Shown here one piece after another: positions 9,498 through 19,166 of a stretch of DNA of 24,054 bases; the first letter of the stretch is position 1, and every line of letters begins with the position of its first letter. Origin of the DNA: a virus (Duplodnaviria; Caudoviricetes); IMG/VR virus record IMGVR_UViG_3300044724_000207, positions 1 to 24,054 of that record. The stretch is one strand, 5' to 3'. The position numbers and the translations under genes are program-made. Under the pieces are notes generated by a model, which was not told the DNA's origin, did no database searches, and saw only the letters and a list, made by a program, of their open reading frames with translations.

Positions 9498-9822
9498 CTA
9501 TAACTACATTCTTTTCATTCTGTATAAGTCGCTGTAAGTCTGTAGTAGTTCCTACAAATAGATTGTTTGTAGTATTACCCAGTTGTTTGGGGTCGTCTTC
9601 TTTGTTTATGTCTTTGTTTTTCTTATTCAAATCCATAAGTTTATCATTTACGTCTGCCATGTTTTTCATCATAGTAGATAATACTTCAAACGCACGAGGG
9701 TGTTCACTCTCTCTTGCGACTTCAATCATTAGTTCCATACTCTCTTTACCCTTCTCTAGTATTTCATAGTAGGTGTCACGAGAGTATTCATAATCATCTT
9801 TAATTCTTTTTTCTTCACTCAT
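9475..9822 (-). CDS. gp16: Terminase small subunit
   Basis: Motifs DYEYSRDTYY, ESEHPRAFEV and TNNLFVGTTTDLQRLI; overlaps the gp17 start. Confidence 0.93.
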   Translation of the reverse strand: MSEEKRIKDDYEYSRDTYYEILEKGKESMELMIEVARESEHPRAFEVLSTMMKNMADVNDKLMDLNKKNKDINKEDDPKQLGNTTNNLFVGTTTDLQRLIQNEKNVVIDAEPTDE

Positions 9823-10604
9823 TATACTGCACTATCCAAATCGGTTTCTATAAATCCATAGTCACTGTCAGCACTTACAGACGTGGGGTCAGGAGTTATC
9901 TGTAAGGTCTTAATATACACATCACTATCAGCTAGTCCTGCGTCTTGTAAGAATAAGTTATTACGCACATCACGAATAATAGATTTATTGCCTTCTGGCC
10001 CGTATAGGGCAATCTTCATTTCAAAGTCTAAAGTATATATAATCGTTCTACGTTGTTCTACCGCACCTTCAAAATCGTCTGAGAATGCAACACTTGATAA
10101 TGTGATAGGGACATCTTCGGTCAATGTGTCTATATCAGAGAAAGGTTTGATTGTCAAAGTATATTGTGGTGCAAAGTATGGTAGAATCTGTTCTACAATT
10201 TGTAATGCGTCATCTTGTGACTTTGCATATATGTTCAACTGAAATGAAATAGTATATGGTGTTGAAGTATAAAGTTGTCTTCTAGATGTAACACTATTTT
10301 CTACTACAGTTGATATGTTGTTTGTCTTAGGTAATTGTCTGGTTGCGTCATATTGCATATTCGTAATCTCGAAGGACATACGAGGCAACTTGATTGCGAC
10401 CCTACGTTCTGCATCTTCACCACTATTCATCGCTTGTAATCTAGAGATAAAGTTTCTCTTAGGTGCATAAGATAATGGAACTTTTACTTGAGAGATAGTT
10501 TCACCAGAACTGTTCTGTCTTAGAACATACAAGTTATTAAACATAGAACCAAATACGGATACCGCAGTTCTTACTCTCTTATGATAAAACCAAGTACCAA
10601 ACAT
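9822..10604 (-). CDS. gp15: Tail sheath stabilizer / tail terminator
   Basis: Motifs FGSMFNN, KVPLSYAPK, LPRMSFE, QIVEQILPYFAP and RRTIIYTLDF. Confidence 0.95.
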   Translation of the reverse strand: MFGTWFYHKRVRTAVSVFGSMFNNLYVLRQNSSGETISQVKVPLSYAPKRNFISRLQAMNSGEDAERRVAIKLPRMSFEITNMQYDATRQLPKTNNISTVVENSVTSRRQLYTSTPYTISFQLNIYAKSQDDALQIVEQILPYFAPQYTLTIKPFSDIDTLTEDVPITLSSVAFSDDFEGAVEQRRTIIYTLDFEMKIALYGPEGNKSIIRDVRNNLFLQDAGLADSDVYIKTLQITPDPTSVSADSDYGFIETDLDSAV

Positions 10605-11473
10605 TATTGTATATCTCCGAACGGATTACTTTCAGAGAAGTCTAAGAAGTCTGATTCAAAGTCATCAAAGATAGTATTTTGTGCGTCTGCTTGTATTTTC
10701 TGAAGTTCTTGTACAAACGTTGGAGAAGCTTTCGCACCAGACGTTTGACCAATAACTTGAGTTACTGTACCAAAAGTATGGAACTTACCATCAGAAGCAC
10801 CAACGTGTGCAAGTTGTAGAACTTTATCTGAATCAGACCAATCAACAATTTCACCTTTCATAGTATAATCACCAAATACTTGATGTACAGTTTCACCAAG
10901 GTCATATCCTGCCGCTGAATCCATAGTCAGTTCAACTTGATATGCAGATTCTACTTCAACTTTCTGTATTGCGTCAATACCAGTATCAAAGTCTTCGTCA
11001 TTGTATTCAAACAATTCACATTGCATACGGAATGTAGGAAGATTTTGTAATTGATAGAACGGAGTTTCGGTCTCTACCCTACGAATTTCAAATATAGATT
11101 GGGATAGTGTTAGATAGATTAGGTCTCCTTCACGAGGACGGAAATTCTTTTCTGCAAGACGAGAACCTACAAGATTCTTCCATCTCTTTCTGGAAACAAT
11201 AAAGTTTGCTTGGTCTCTGAGTTCAATACCAAATTTAGTAAATAGGTCACCCTCACCTTCAAACGCTTCGGTGTTCTCAATATACATTTCCACTTTATAA
11301 GAAGAACCGAAACGTGACGGAACATCATCAAGAAAGACATTATCTTTATTGATTATTTCTCGTGGAAGGTAGTATACATCCTGTCCATACATTTTGAGTC
11401 CTTCAATAATGATGTCCTCATATAATGATTGTTCAGAACGAACTCCTTGTTTGAAATATGGATTCGTTGCCAT
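10604..11473 (-). CDS. gp14: Neck protein
   Basis: Motifs YGQDVYYLPR, FEGEGDLFTKFG, RPREGDLIY, PFYQL and C-terminal DFSESNPFG. Confidence 0.95.
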   Translation of the reverse strand: MATNPYFKQGVRSEQSLYEDIIIEGLKMYGQDVYYLPREIINKDNVFLDDVPSRFGSSYKVEMYIENTEAFEGEGDLFTKFGIELRDQANFIVSRKRWKNLVGSRLAEKNFRPREGDLIYLTLSQSIFEIRRVETETPFYQLQNLPTFRMQCELFEYNDEDFDTGIDAIQKVEVESAYQVELTMDSAAGYDLGETVHQVFGDYTMKGEIVDWSDSDKVLQLAHVGASDGKFHTFGTVTQVIGQTSGAKASPTFVQELQKIQADAQNTIFDDFESDFLDFSESNPFGDIQ

Positions 11474-11477
11474 TTAA

Positions 11478-12272
11478 TTATCCCATAAAGAAATCTGGTG
11501 GTATATCATACTCGTTATAGATTCTTTGTCTAATCACTTCTATTTCTTGTCTTGCGTCTTCTAGTATTTGTCTACCATTCAATGTAACACCGCCTGGCAA
11601 TACCATTCCTTCAAATTTAATAAGGTTTTGTCCCCATTGTTCTTTAATAAGTGCAGTTGCATATTCCTTTAAGAAGATATTATTATATATTTTACCATTG
11701 TTATTTGCATCAGTTGTGAAATACATTTCCATTAGAATCTTATCACCTACTTGTAAATCACCTTTAGTTCCAGAAATATCTCCGAAGATATTTAAGGTGT
11801 TGCCTGCACGAGTAAACTGAATTTGAGGAGTTCCTGTTAGTTTCATATCAATAGTAGAAAGATACTGTTGCATTTGTTCATAGTATGCAAGGTCTCCAAT
11901 ACCAGTATTTAAATCCCACATATCGTTGAGACGCATTTGATATTTAACGTCAAAGAAGTTAACACCACTTACTTGGTCATCAACAGGAAATACACGAACA
12001 ACATTTAGAATATTATTGGGGTCTGAGATACCTTGTATGGTATCAATATCAAAGTCAATATACCCACGGTCAATAATAAGTTGTGTCATTTCCATTGGAA
12101 CATATGCACGGAAACTACCTTCTGCACCATATTCACCAAACAATTGTAATGCGTCATTTACACGGTCATCAATCTGTTCGTCATCAACATTGATTTCGAT
12201 AACAGGGTGTCCTAGTCTACGTAGACAATAGTCTATAAATTCACTTCTGGTTGCTATTCTTGTATATGCCAT
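11478..12272 (-). CDS. gp13: Neck protein (head-tail adaptor)
   Basis: Motifs YCLRRLGHPVIEINVDDEQIDDRV and KEYATALIKEQWGQNLIKFEGMVLPGGVTLNG. Confidence 0.95.
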   Translation of the reverse strand: MAYTRIATRSEFIDYCLRRLGHPVIEINVDDEQIDDRVNDALQLFGEYGAEGSFRAYVPMEMTQLIIDRGYIDFDIDTIQGISDPNNILNVVRVFPVDDQVSGVNFFDVKYQMRLNDMWDLNTGIGDLAYYEQMQQYLSTIDMKLTGTPQIQFTRAGNTLNIFGDISGTKGDLQVGDKILMEMYFTTDANNNGKIYNNIFLKEYATALIKEQWGQNLIKFEGMVLPGGVTLNGRQILEDARQEIEVIRQRIYNEYDIPPDFFMG

Positions 12273-12286
12273 TTATCTATTTATCC

Positions 12287-15200
12287 TTAGTTTAACAACG
12301 TGCCTGCGTTGTTATATACATTAATTCTATAGTGAGCACCTTCTTGACCGTCAAGTAGGTCAGCGTTTAATCCACTTGAAGCACCGTCTACAGTCTTAAT
12401 TGCGGTTAGAAGTTCACTTGCAGTAGAATATGTCTCACTAAATGAGATAACACCAGTAGTATTATTATACGCTATGTCACCAGTTGCGGAGATAAGTCCT
12501 CTAACTTGTGCGTCAGTTCTTTGTGTAAATGATACTACACCAGTAGTAGAGTTATATGCAAGGTCACCACCTGCACTAATCTTACCACGAATCTCTGCGT
12601 CACTCGGCCCAGTATATGTGATTACACCAGTGCCAGAGTTATAAGAAGCAGAACCAGCTCCACCTGCGTCTGTTAGAGAGATTGAACCTCTTGCATCAGC
12701 AGTAGTAAACTTAGTTACACTAAATTGACCAGTACCACTATTATATGCAAGGTCTCCACCTGCGGAGAACATTGCACGAATCTCTGCACTTGTATGTTGT
12801 GCAGAATCAGTAAATGAGAATTGACCAGTTCCAGAGTTATAACTTAAATCACCACCAGCAGAGAATAATCCTCTAATCTGAGCAGGACTTCTATCCGATT
12901 CAGTAAAGGACATTACACCAGTTGATGCATTATAACTTAGGTCTCCACCTGCACTAATAGCACTTCTTGCTCTTGCGGTTGTGTGATAGAGATTAGTATT
13001 CTCTGTCAAGTCCGCAGTAGTGAATGGGTCAAGTGTAATTACGTCAGTAAAGTTACCAGTAGACGTATTGATTGTTAATGTTCCACCAGTACTATCAAAG
13101 TCTACACCAGTAATACCAGATACACCAACTGTTCCAACACTATCAACAAAACCATTTGCGTCAACAGTTATAACAGGAATTGCAGTATTTGAACCATAAG
13201 TTCCTGCACTTACTGTAGTTTGTGCGTCACGATTTACTTCACCAGTAAATGTTCCACCTGCAAAGTTACCACTCGCATCACGAGCAATAATTGCAGAAGC
13301 AGTATTTGCACTTGTGGCAGTGGTTGCAGAGTTCTGAACTTTACCTGCGGTACTAATAGTTGCAAGTTTACTATCAGCAATATTAGCACTTGCATTAATA
13401 TCTGCGTTTACGATACTGCCTGGGTTGTATGCAGTTGTAAGTGTTACGTTACCTGTTCCGTCAAAGGATACCGCACTTGCAGTAATATCACCTGTTAAGG
13501 AGAAGTCTCTACCAGTTGCAAGAGCAGAAGCAGTTTGAGCATTACCTGTTACCGCACCAATCAGACTACCTTCAAACGTATCTGCAACTAGAGTCGCAAG
13601 ACTAAATGAAGAGTCAGCGGCATTAATTGTTCCTGTAGGTGTTGAGTCATACTCGTCAATGATTTTCCACTTTTCGTCAGTGACATCAAACCATAGACCC
13701 ATATGGGTATAACCGACACCACTTGTACCAGTGTTTCGGTTTGTGAAGAAACCAGTATCTACATTAACAGGAGAAGCAGTACCAGACCATCTATCACCAC
13801 TATCGTGACCTGTAGTCGCACCAAACTCAACCGAGATATTATCGGCAGAGTGAATAAGTTGTGGGTCACCAGTAATATTCTGTTTTGTAAGAATAGGAGA
13901 TGTAAACGCACTATCTGTTCCAAGTGCAACAGCAAAGGTATCTACACCACTTGCACCAGTTCCTACACCATCAATTCTTACATAGTAAGTTTGTGCAGTA
14001 GTTCCTGTAAAGTGACCTGCAAAGAAGGCATCGTCAAGACCAGTACCAGTAAAGACTGTTCCTGCTTCACCAATCGCATCACCTTCGTTAAGACGATAGA
14101 TTGGAGAACCCTGAGTTACATTAGATGTACCTACAGTGGTCTGACTACCTAAAATTGTTAAGTTACCGTCAACCTGTAAGTCTGTACCAATGTGTGCTGA
14201 AGTTTGAACACGGAAAGAACGAACCGAGTGGTTCTGTTGATTGACAAGTAAAATACCGTTATCTGAATCACCAGTTTTAACAACCCAACCCAAACACATA
14301 GGGAAGTTTGGATATGTCGGAGATGCATTCTGGTGTGAACCAGGCGTAGTCACGGATACGAAGAAGTTCGTTCCGTCACTCAAGTGTGCAGTATTAACAT
14401 TAGTCAACTGACCAGCAATCAAACAGTGACCATAAGAGTTGTTTGAAATATCTTGAGCAGCAATACCTTGAGCGTTATATGCGTTTACGTCTGTTGCGTC
14501 TGCAAGACCAACAGTCGGAACGTCAATAATACCTGAAGTATAGTTACCACTAAAGTATAATGCATTACCTTTCTTAATGGTTGCACCAGTATTGTTAAAT
14601 ACACGTTGGTGTTCTTGAGTACCAACCTCGTGAACCATTCCAGTAATATCATCATTATAGTTTAGTGTCTTATGTTTGTTATCGTAGTATAATAGACCTT
14701 CACTATATGGTTGATGTGAATCAAAAGTACTTGTATCAAACTGAACGTGTAAAAGTGAAGCAGAGTCAGCTACTATTTGTGATGTTTTAAGTTTATTCTC
14801 AACACGTAGGTCATCAAAATGTTCACTTTGTGGGTCAACAAGGATTACACCGTTGTTTGCATCAACAGTTAAAACACGACCAATATGGAAAGGATAACCA
14901 GTATCAACTGTTACAGGTGTTTCTGTTACCACACCTGCGGAGTCTGGAGATAGGAATAGAACATTACCTGCTGTCATTCCACTAGTGTTTACGTCACGAA
15001 CTAGACCATATCTTGTTACCCAACCGTGAGCACCATCAGGAATGTCCATAGTCGCAAGACCAGTCGCTTGACCAGTTGACGATGTGTTTGCACGTGCAAG
15101 AGATACTTGTGGGTGTTTACCGTGTGCAGTTCCAGAAATATAGACTGCATCACCATTGTCAATCTGAGCACCAGTTAAGTTATGGACATATAAGAATATC

Positions 15201-18200
15201 TCTTGTCCAATATTAAGAGTTACGTCAGGATTCGGATTGTTCTGAGTATCCATAACAACAGACAAACCTTTTTGGTGGTCTGAGTCAAAGAATACTGTTC
15301 CTGCGGTATTTGAATGTCTTGATGTTAAAACATTAAAGTTGATTCCATCAACAACCGCAGAGTCTAATGTGGTCTTCGCAAAGGTTACGTTATCAGTAGT
15401 TCCTACAGGTTGACCAATAGAAATTGTTCCACCTGCATTGATAGTAACACCAGAACCACCATTGAAATGCGCTCTTACTTCTGTCGCACTCGGCCCTGTA
15501 TAGGTAAAGACACCTGAACCACTGTCATAGGTAAGTGAACCGTCACCACCTGCGTCATTGACTAAGAGAGACGCTTTTGCATCACTGTCTGCTCTTGATG
15601 TAGTATAATAGAGGTTAGACCCTTCTGATAAGTCTGAAGTAGAGTTTGCAACAAACTTCGCATCAATATCACTATCTACACGAGATTTTACGTAATAGAG
15701 ATTTGTTCCTTCAGAAACATCTGAAGTGGATTTGGTTGCAAGTCTAGTATCAAAGTCTGTATTACTACGTGCAGTAGTATAATATAAATTAGACCCTTCT
15801 GTCAAGTCTGTTGTAGATTTAATTCCAAATCTAACATCAAAAGCACTATCATCACGTGATTGTGTATAGTATAAATTAGACCCTTCTGCAAGATTTGTGG
15901 TTGTCTTGGTTGCAAGTCTTGTATCAAAATCAGTATTCGCTCTTGCAGTCGTATAATACAGATTACTACCTTCAGTGATATCTGAAGTAGTATTTGCAAG
16001 AGTTGTAAACGAAAGGTTGCCAATACTCGCACTATCTGATATAATATTAGTAATCGTACCAGTAGTAGTTGTGAGGGTAGTAATACCTGCACTATCAATT
16101 TGTGATGTCAGTCTAGTTAAGAAGTCACTATCAAAATTTGCTTGAGAGTAGACGTTCTCAACATCAATTGAGAATACACCAGTAGAAGAATCGTAGGATA
16201 GGTCACCTGTTGCACTAAAGTGTGCCCTTACCTCAGATGAACTCGGCCCTGTATAAGTGAATACACCTGTTGAACTATCGTATGATAATGAACCATCACC
16301 ACCAGTATCGTTTACTAGTAAAGACGCTTTTGCGTCACTATCTGCACGAGCAGAGGTATAAAATAGATTAGTTGAACCTTCTGCAATATCGTCTAGGTCT
16401 TTAGTTGCAAGTTGAGCGTCCCATCTTGCAGTTGTATAATAGAGATTGGTTGACCCTTCGCTGAGTTTATCTGTATCAGCAGAGTCTAAGTTTCTATCAA
16501 AATCACTATCTACACGTGCTTGTGTATAATAGAGATTTGTCCCTTCGGTTAAATTTGTAGTTGTATATGGGTCTAAAGTAATTGTTGTGAGGAATGTATT
16601 TCCGTCAGCAGTATTAATAGAGATATTTCCGTTTGCAGAATCAAACGAGAATGATGATACAGCTGCAACATCTACAGTAGTTGCACTATCTAATTGACCT
16701 TGGTCATTGACTCTGAATACTGGAATTTTTGTGCTAGAACCATATGTGCCACCAACAACATTAGTATTAGTAATAGAAATGGTATCGTTTGCACTATCGT
16801 ATGTGATTCCTGTTCCACCGTCAAGGGCAGCACCTAAATCAGAATCAAAGTTAGACTTTGTATAAACCTGTTCTACATCAAAGGTAAAGTTACCTGTTGC
16901 AGAATCATAAGTTAAGTCTCCACCAGAACTAAACATTCCACGGATAGTTTGGGTAGATGTAGTATCACCCAATGCGGAATCAAATCTCGCACGAGTATAA
17001 TACAGGTTAGTCCCTTCAACTAAATTAGTTGTAGTATATGGGTCAAGAGTTGCAGTAGTGACAAACGAAGCACCATCAGCAGTTCCGATAGTTAGATTAC
17101 CATTAGAAGAATCAAAAGCAAACGAGGTTACACCTGCAACCGCAACTGTTCCTGCACTGTCAAGTTGTCCTTGTGCATTTACAGTAAAGACTGGTATTTG
17201 ACTTGCAGAACCATATGTTCCTGCACTAACTCCTGTATTAGTAATAGAGATAGTATCTGAGGCAGAATCATAAGTAATACCTGTTCCACCATCTAGAGCG
17301 TCACCAAGGTCACTATCAAAGTTTGCTTTAGTATATACTTGTTCTACATCAAAAGAGAATGTTCCTGTTGAGCTATCATAAGATAAGTCACCAGAAGAAG
17401 CAAAGTATCCACGAATAGACGCAATAGAAGTTGCATCACCTAGTGCAGAGTCAAATCTTGCACGAGTATAGTAGAGATTACCACCTTCGGTAATATCACT
17501 TGTAGTATTTGTAAGAGTAGTAAAAGTTAAATTTGTTATACTTGCACTATCAAAGGTTGCATTCGTACCAGTAAGAGTTGTATTGGTCAGAGTTGTAATA
17601 TCACCAGTAGTGATATTTGCAGTAGCAATACTTGCATTATTTGATGTTAAATTAAAAACTTGTTGTAGAGTTGTAGTATCTGAATCAAGTAGTCTATGCC
17701 ATTCACCTGCGTGAGCAAAGTATCCACGACCAGTTGCGTGAACGTGAGCATACATACCGTGATAAACAGAAGCACTAGGAAGGTCACCCTCTGTAGAGTA
17801 AACATTACCATAAAGAAGTTTACCAGTTGTTTCTAAATCTTTATCACCTAATGTCCAACGACCAACACCTTCGTCCCATAGGAACGATACGTTTGCTAGG
17901 TCACCACGTTCAATCTCAATACCACCATTCTCTGAAGGTGTTCCTGTTGCATTTGAATTAAGAACAATAGTATTGTCTGCAAGTTGAATAGTTTCGGTGT
18001 TTACTACTGTTTCTGTACCTGTAACGGTTAGATTACCGTCAAGTACAGTATTACCTGTAACTCTAAGAGTACCAATGTTAGCACTATCAAGAGTCGCTTG
18101 ACTTCCTATTAGATTTGTGTTTACAAGATTAGGAATGGTTGCACTATCAATAGTCGCACCATTGTTTATGGTTAGACCTTGATGGAATGTTTCACTAACG

Positions 18201-18724
18201 TCTGTTCTTGCGATATCAGAATCATTAAATGTAAATAGACCAGTTTCACTATTAAAACTTAGAATATCTGTATTATTACTGGTAAGAGAAATATTTAGTG
18301 AAGTCTTAGTGTTATCATTTGTATCAACAATTACAAACTCACCATTACTATCTTTTAATTGTAGTGTTCCAAGAGTAATTGTATTACCAGTAAGATACAG
18401 GTCTTTCCATTTTTGGTTTATTGTACCAAGACTACGTACTCCATCGGAATCTGGAATAAAGTCACCTGCAAAATTCTCGTTATTAAAACTAAAATTATAT
18501 GCACCTTGACTACTATCATATGTGACATTAATGAACGCATCATTTTTAAGTTTAGTTATTTCATACTTATCTGTTGAACTTCTGTAAGCAAGAATTGAAC
18601 CGTCAGATTCTACTTCGCTAGATACGTCAACACCAGCTAGATTATCAATAGAAAAAGAACCAGAAGTCACCCTTTTAATAGGTGTTCCGACTACAATTTT
18701 CTTTATGTAAATCTTCTCAGACAT
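12287..18724 (-). CDS. Giant repeat-rich virion fibre protein (2145 aa)
   Basis: T/S/G/D-rich protein with many EG(S/T)NLYYT repeats, GGDL(S/T/A)Y(D/N)SxTG repeats and AGTYGS..IPV units, and a C-terminal SGLNADLLDG fibre motif. It lies directly upstream of gp13. Confidence 0.8.
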   Translation of the reverse strand: MSEKIYIKKIVVGTPIKRVTSGSFSIDNLAGVDVSSEVESDGSILAYRSSTDKYEITKLKNDAFINVTYDSSQGAYNFSFNNENFAGDFIPDSDGVRSLGTINQKWKDLYLTGNTITLGTLQLKDSNGEFVIVDTNDNTKTSLNISLTSNNTDILSFNSETGLFTFNDSDIARTDVSETFHQGLTINNGATIDSATIPNLVNTNLIGSQATLDSANIGTLRVTGNTVLDGNLTVTGTETVVNTETIQLADNTIVLNSNATGTPSENGGIEIERGDLANVSFLWDEGVGRWTLGDKDLETTGKLLYGNVYSTEGDLPSASVYHGMYAHVHATGRGYFAHAGEWHRLLDSDTTTLQQVFNLTSNNASIATANITTGDITTLTNTTLTGTNATFDSASITNLTFTTLTNTTSDITEGGNLYYTRARFDSALGDATSIASIRGYFASSGDLSYDSSTGTFSFDVEQVYTKANFDSDLGDALDGGTGITYDSASDTISITNTGVSAGTYGSASQIPVFTVNAQGQLDSAGTVAVAGVTSFAFDSSNGNLTIGTADGASFVTTATLDPYTTTNLVEGTNLYYTRARFDSALGDTTSTQTIRGMFSSGGDLTYDSATGNFTFDVEQVYTKSNFDSDLGAALDGGTGITYDSANDTISITNTNVVGGTYGSSTKIPVFRVNDQGQLDSATTVDVAAVSSFSFDSANGNISINTADGNTFLTTITLDPYTTTNLTEGTNLYYTQARVDSDFDRNLDSADTDKLSEGSTNLYYTTARWDAQLATKDLDDIAEGSTNLFYTSARADSDAKASLLVNDTGGDGSLSYDSSTGVFTYTGPSSSEVRAHFSATGDLSYDSSTGVFSIDVENVYSQANFDSDFLTRLTSQIDSAGITTLTTTTGTITNIISDSASIGNLSFTTLANTTSDITEGSNLYYTTARANTDFDTRLATKTTTNLAEGSNLYYTQSRDDSAFDVRFGIKSTTDLTEGSNLYYTTARSNTDFDTRLATKSTSDVSEGTNLYYVKSRVDSDIDAKFVANSTSDLSEGSNLYYTTSRADSDAKASLLVNDAGGDGSLTYDSGSGVFTYTGPSATEVRAHFNGGSGVTINAGGTISIGQPVGTTDNVTFAKTTLDSAVVDGINFNVLTSRHSNTAGTVFFDSDHQKGLSVVMDTQNNPNPDVTLNIGQEIFLYVHNLTGAQIDNGDAVYISGTAHGKHPQVSLARANTSSTGQATGLATMDIPDGAHGWVTRYGLVRDVNTSGMTAGNVLFLSPDSAGVVTETPVTVDTGYPFHIGRVLTVDANNGVILVDPQSEHFDDLRVENKLKTSQIVADSASLLHVQFDTSTFDSHQPYSEGLLYYDNKHKTLNYNDDITGMVHEVGTQEHQRVFNNTGATIKKGNALYFSGNYTSGIIDVPTVGLADATDVNAYNAQGIAAQDISNNSYGHCLIAGQLTNVNTAHLSDGTNFFVSVTTPGSHQNASPTYPNFPMCLGWVVKTGDSDNGILLVNQQNHSVRSFRVQTSAHIGTDLQVDGNLTILGSQTTVGTSNVTQGSPIYRLNEGDAIGEAGTVFTGTGLDDAFFAGHFTGTTAQTYYVRIDGVGTGASGVDTFAVALGTDSAFTSPILTKQNITGDPQLIHSADNISVEFGATTGHDSGDRWSGTASPVNVDTGFFTNRNTGTSGVGYTHMGLWFDVTDEKWKIIDEYDSTPTGTINAADSSFSLATLVADTFEGSLIGAVTGNAQTASALATGRDFSLTGDITASAVSFDGTGNVTLTTAYNPGSIVNADINASANIADSKLATISTAGKVQNSATTATSANTASAIIARDASGNFAGGTFTGEVNRDAQTTVSAGTYGSNTAIPVITVDANGFVDSVGTVGVSGITGVDFDSTGGTLTINTSTGNFTDVITLDPFTTADLTENTNLYHTTARARSAISAGGDLSYNASTGVMSFTESDRSPAQIRGLFSAGGDLSYNSGTGQFSFTDSAQHTSAEIRAMFSAGGDLAYNSGTGQFSVTKFTTADARGSISLTDAGGAGSASYNSGTGVITYTGPSDAEIRGKISAGGDLAYNSTTGVVSFTQRTDAQVRGLISATGDIAYNNTTGVISFSETYSTASELLTAIKTVDGASSGLNADLLDGQEGAHYRINVYNNAGTLLN
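16500..17500 (-). repeat. Diverged 471-nt (157-aa) tandem duplication inside the giant fibre
   Basis: The EG(G/T)NLYYT(R/Q)AR(F/V)DS anchor recurs at ~17488, ~17017 and ~16546, 471 nt apart. The intervening GDL.YDS.TG...EQVYTK.NFDSDLG.ALDGGTGITYDSA.DTISITNT...GTYGS...IPVF...GQLDSA...TLDPYTTTNL block occurs twice. Confidence 0.85.
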
Positions 18725-18735
18725 TAAAATTTCCT

Positions 18736-19101
18736 TTATTTGGTGACCGAAGGTGAGACTTCAATCTGTCCCTCAAGGACTCTTTGAACTATAGTATTTG
18801 AATCACTATCTACATAAGATACTTCTACGTCATAGACGTAACGACCACGAGTTTTTAACGCATCGGTTTGGGTATTGGTCAATGACAAATTAATAATGCC
18901 ATCTTCTGGAGGGGTTATTACGGCAGCATTAAAGGAGACCGTATCTGGGTCACCAGCTGAATCAGCGTAGTTTCTTTTCATCTTCGCTGCTATAGACCTA
19001 TTGGTCAAATTAAATGCACTACCACTATCGTGAATTAGATGTATTTCGATTGCTACATCTGTTCCTTGTAAAATAGTAATATCTTCGTAATTTGGAATCA
19101 T
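18736..19101 (-). CDS. Small virion structural/adaptor protein (BppU-N-like beta-sandwich)
   Basis: The pattern DITILQGTD...FNLT...AKMKRNY...GIINLSLTNTQT..L..GRYVYDVE...RVLEGQIEVSPSVT resembles small proteins that often precede fibre genes in aquatic T4-like phages. The family assignment is from memory only. Confidence 0.6.
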   Translation of the reverse strand: MIPNYEDITILQGTDVAIEIHLIHDSGSAFNLTNRSIAAKMKRNYADSAGDPDTVSFNAAVITPPEDGIINLSLTNTQTDALKTRGRYVYDVEVSYVDSDSNTIVQRVLEGQIEVSPSVTK

Positions 19102-19137
19102 CGTGGAATACCCATATAAAACAGTTTCTTCTGTCTT

Positions 19138-19145
19138 TATTTATA
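19138..19145 (-). promoter_or_regulatory. T4-type late promoter TATAAATA
   Basis: Plus-strand tatttata at 19138-19145, in the intergenic gap upstream of the 121-aa gene and the giant fibre. Confidence 0.85.
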
Positions 19146-19166
19146 AGGATTCCATCGTCTAGTGGA

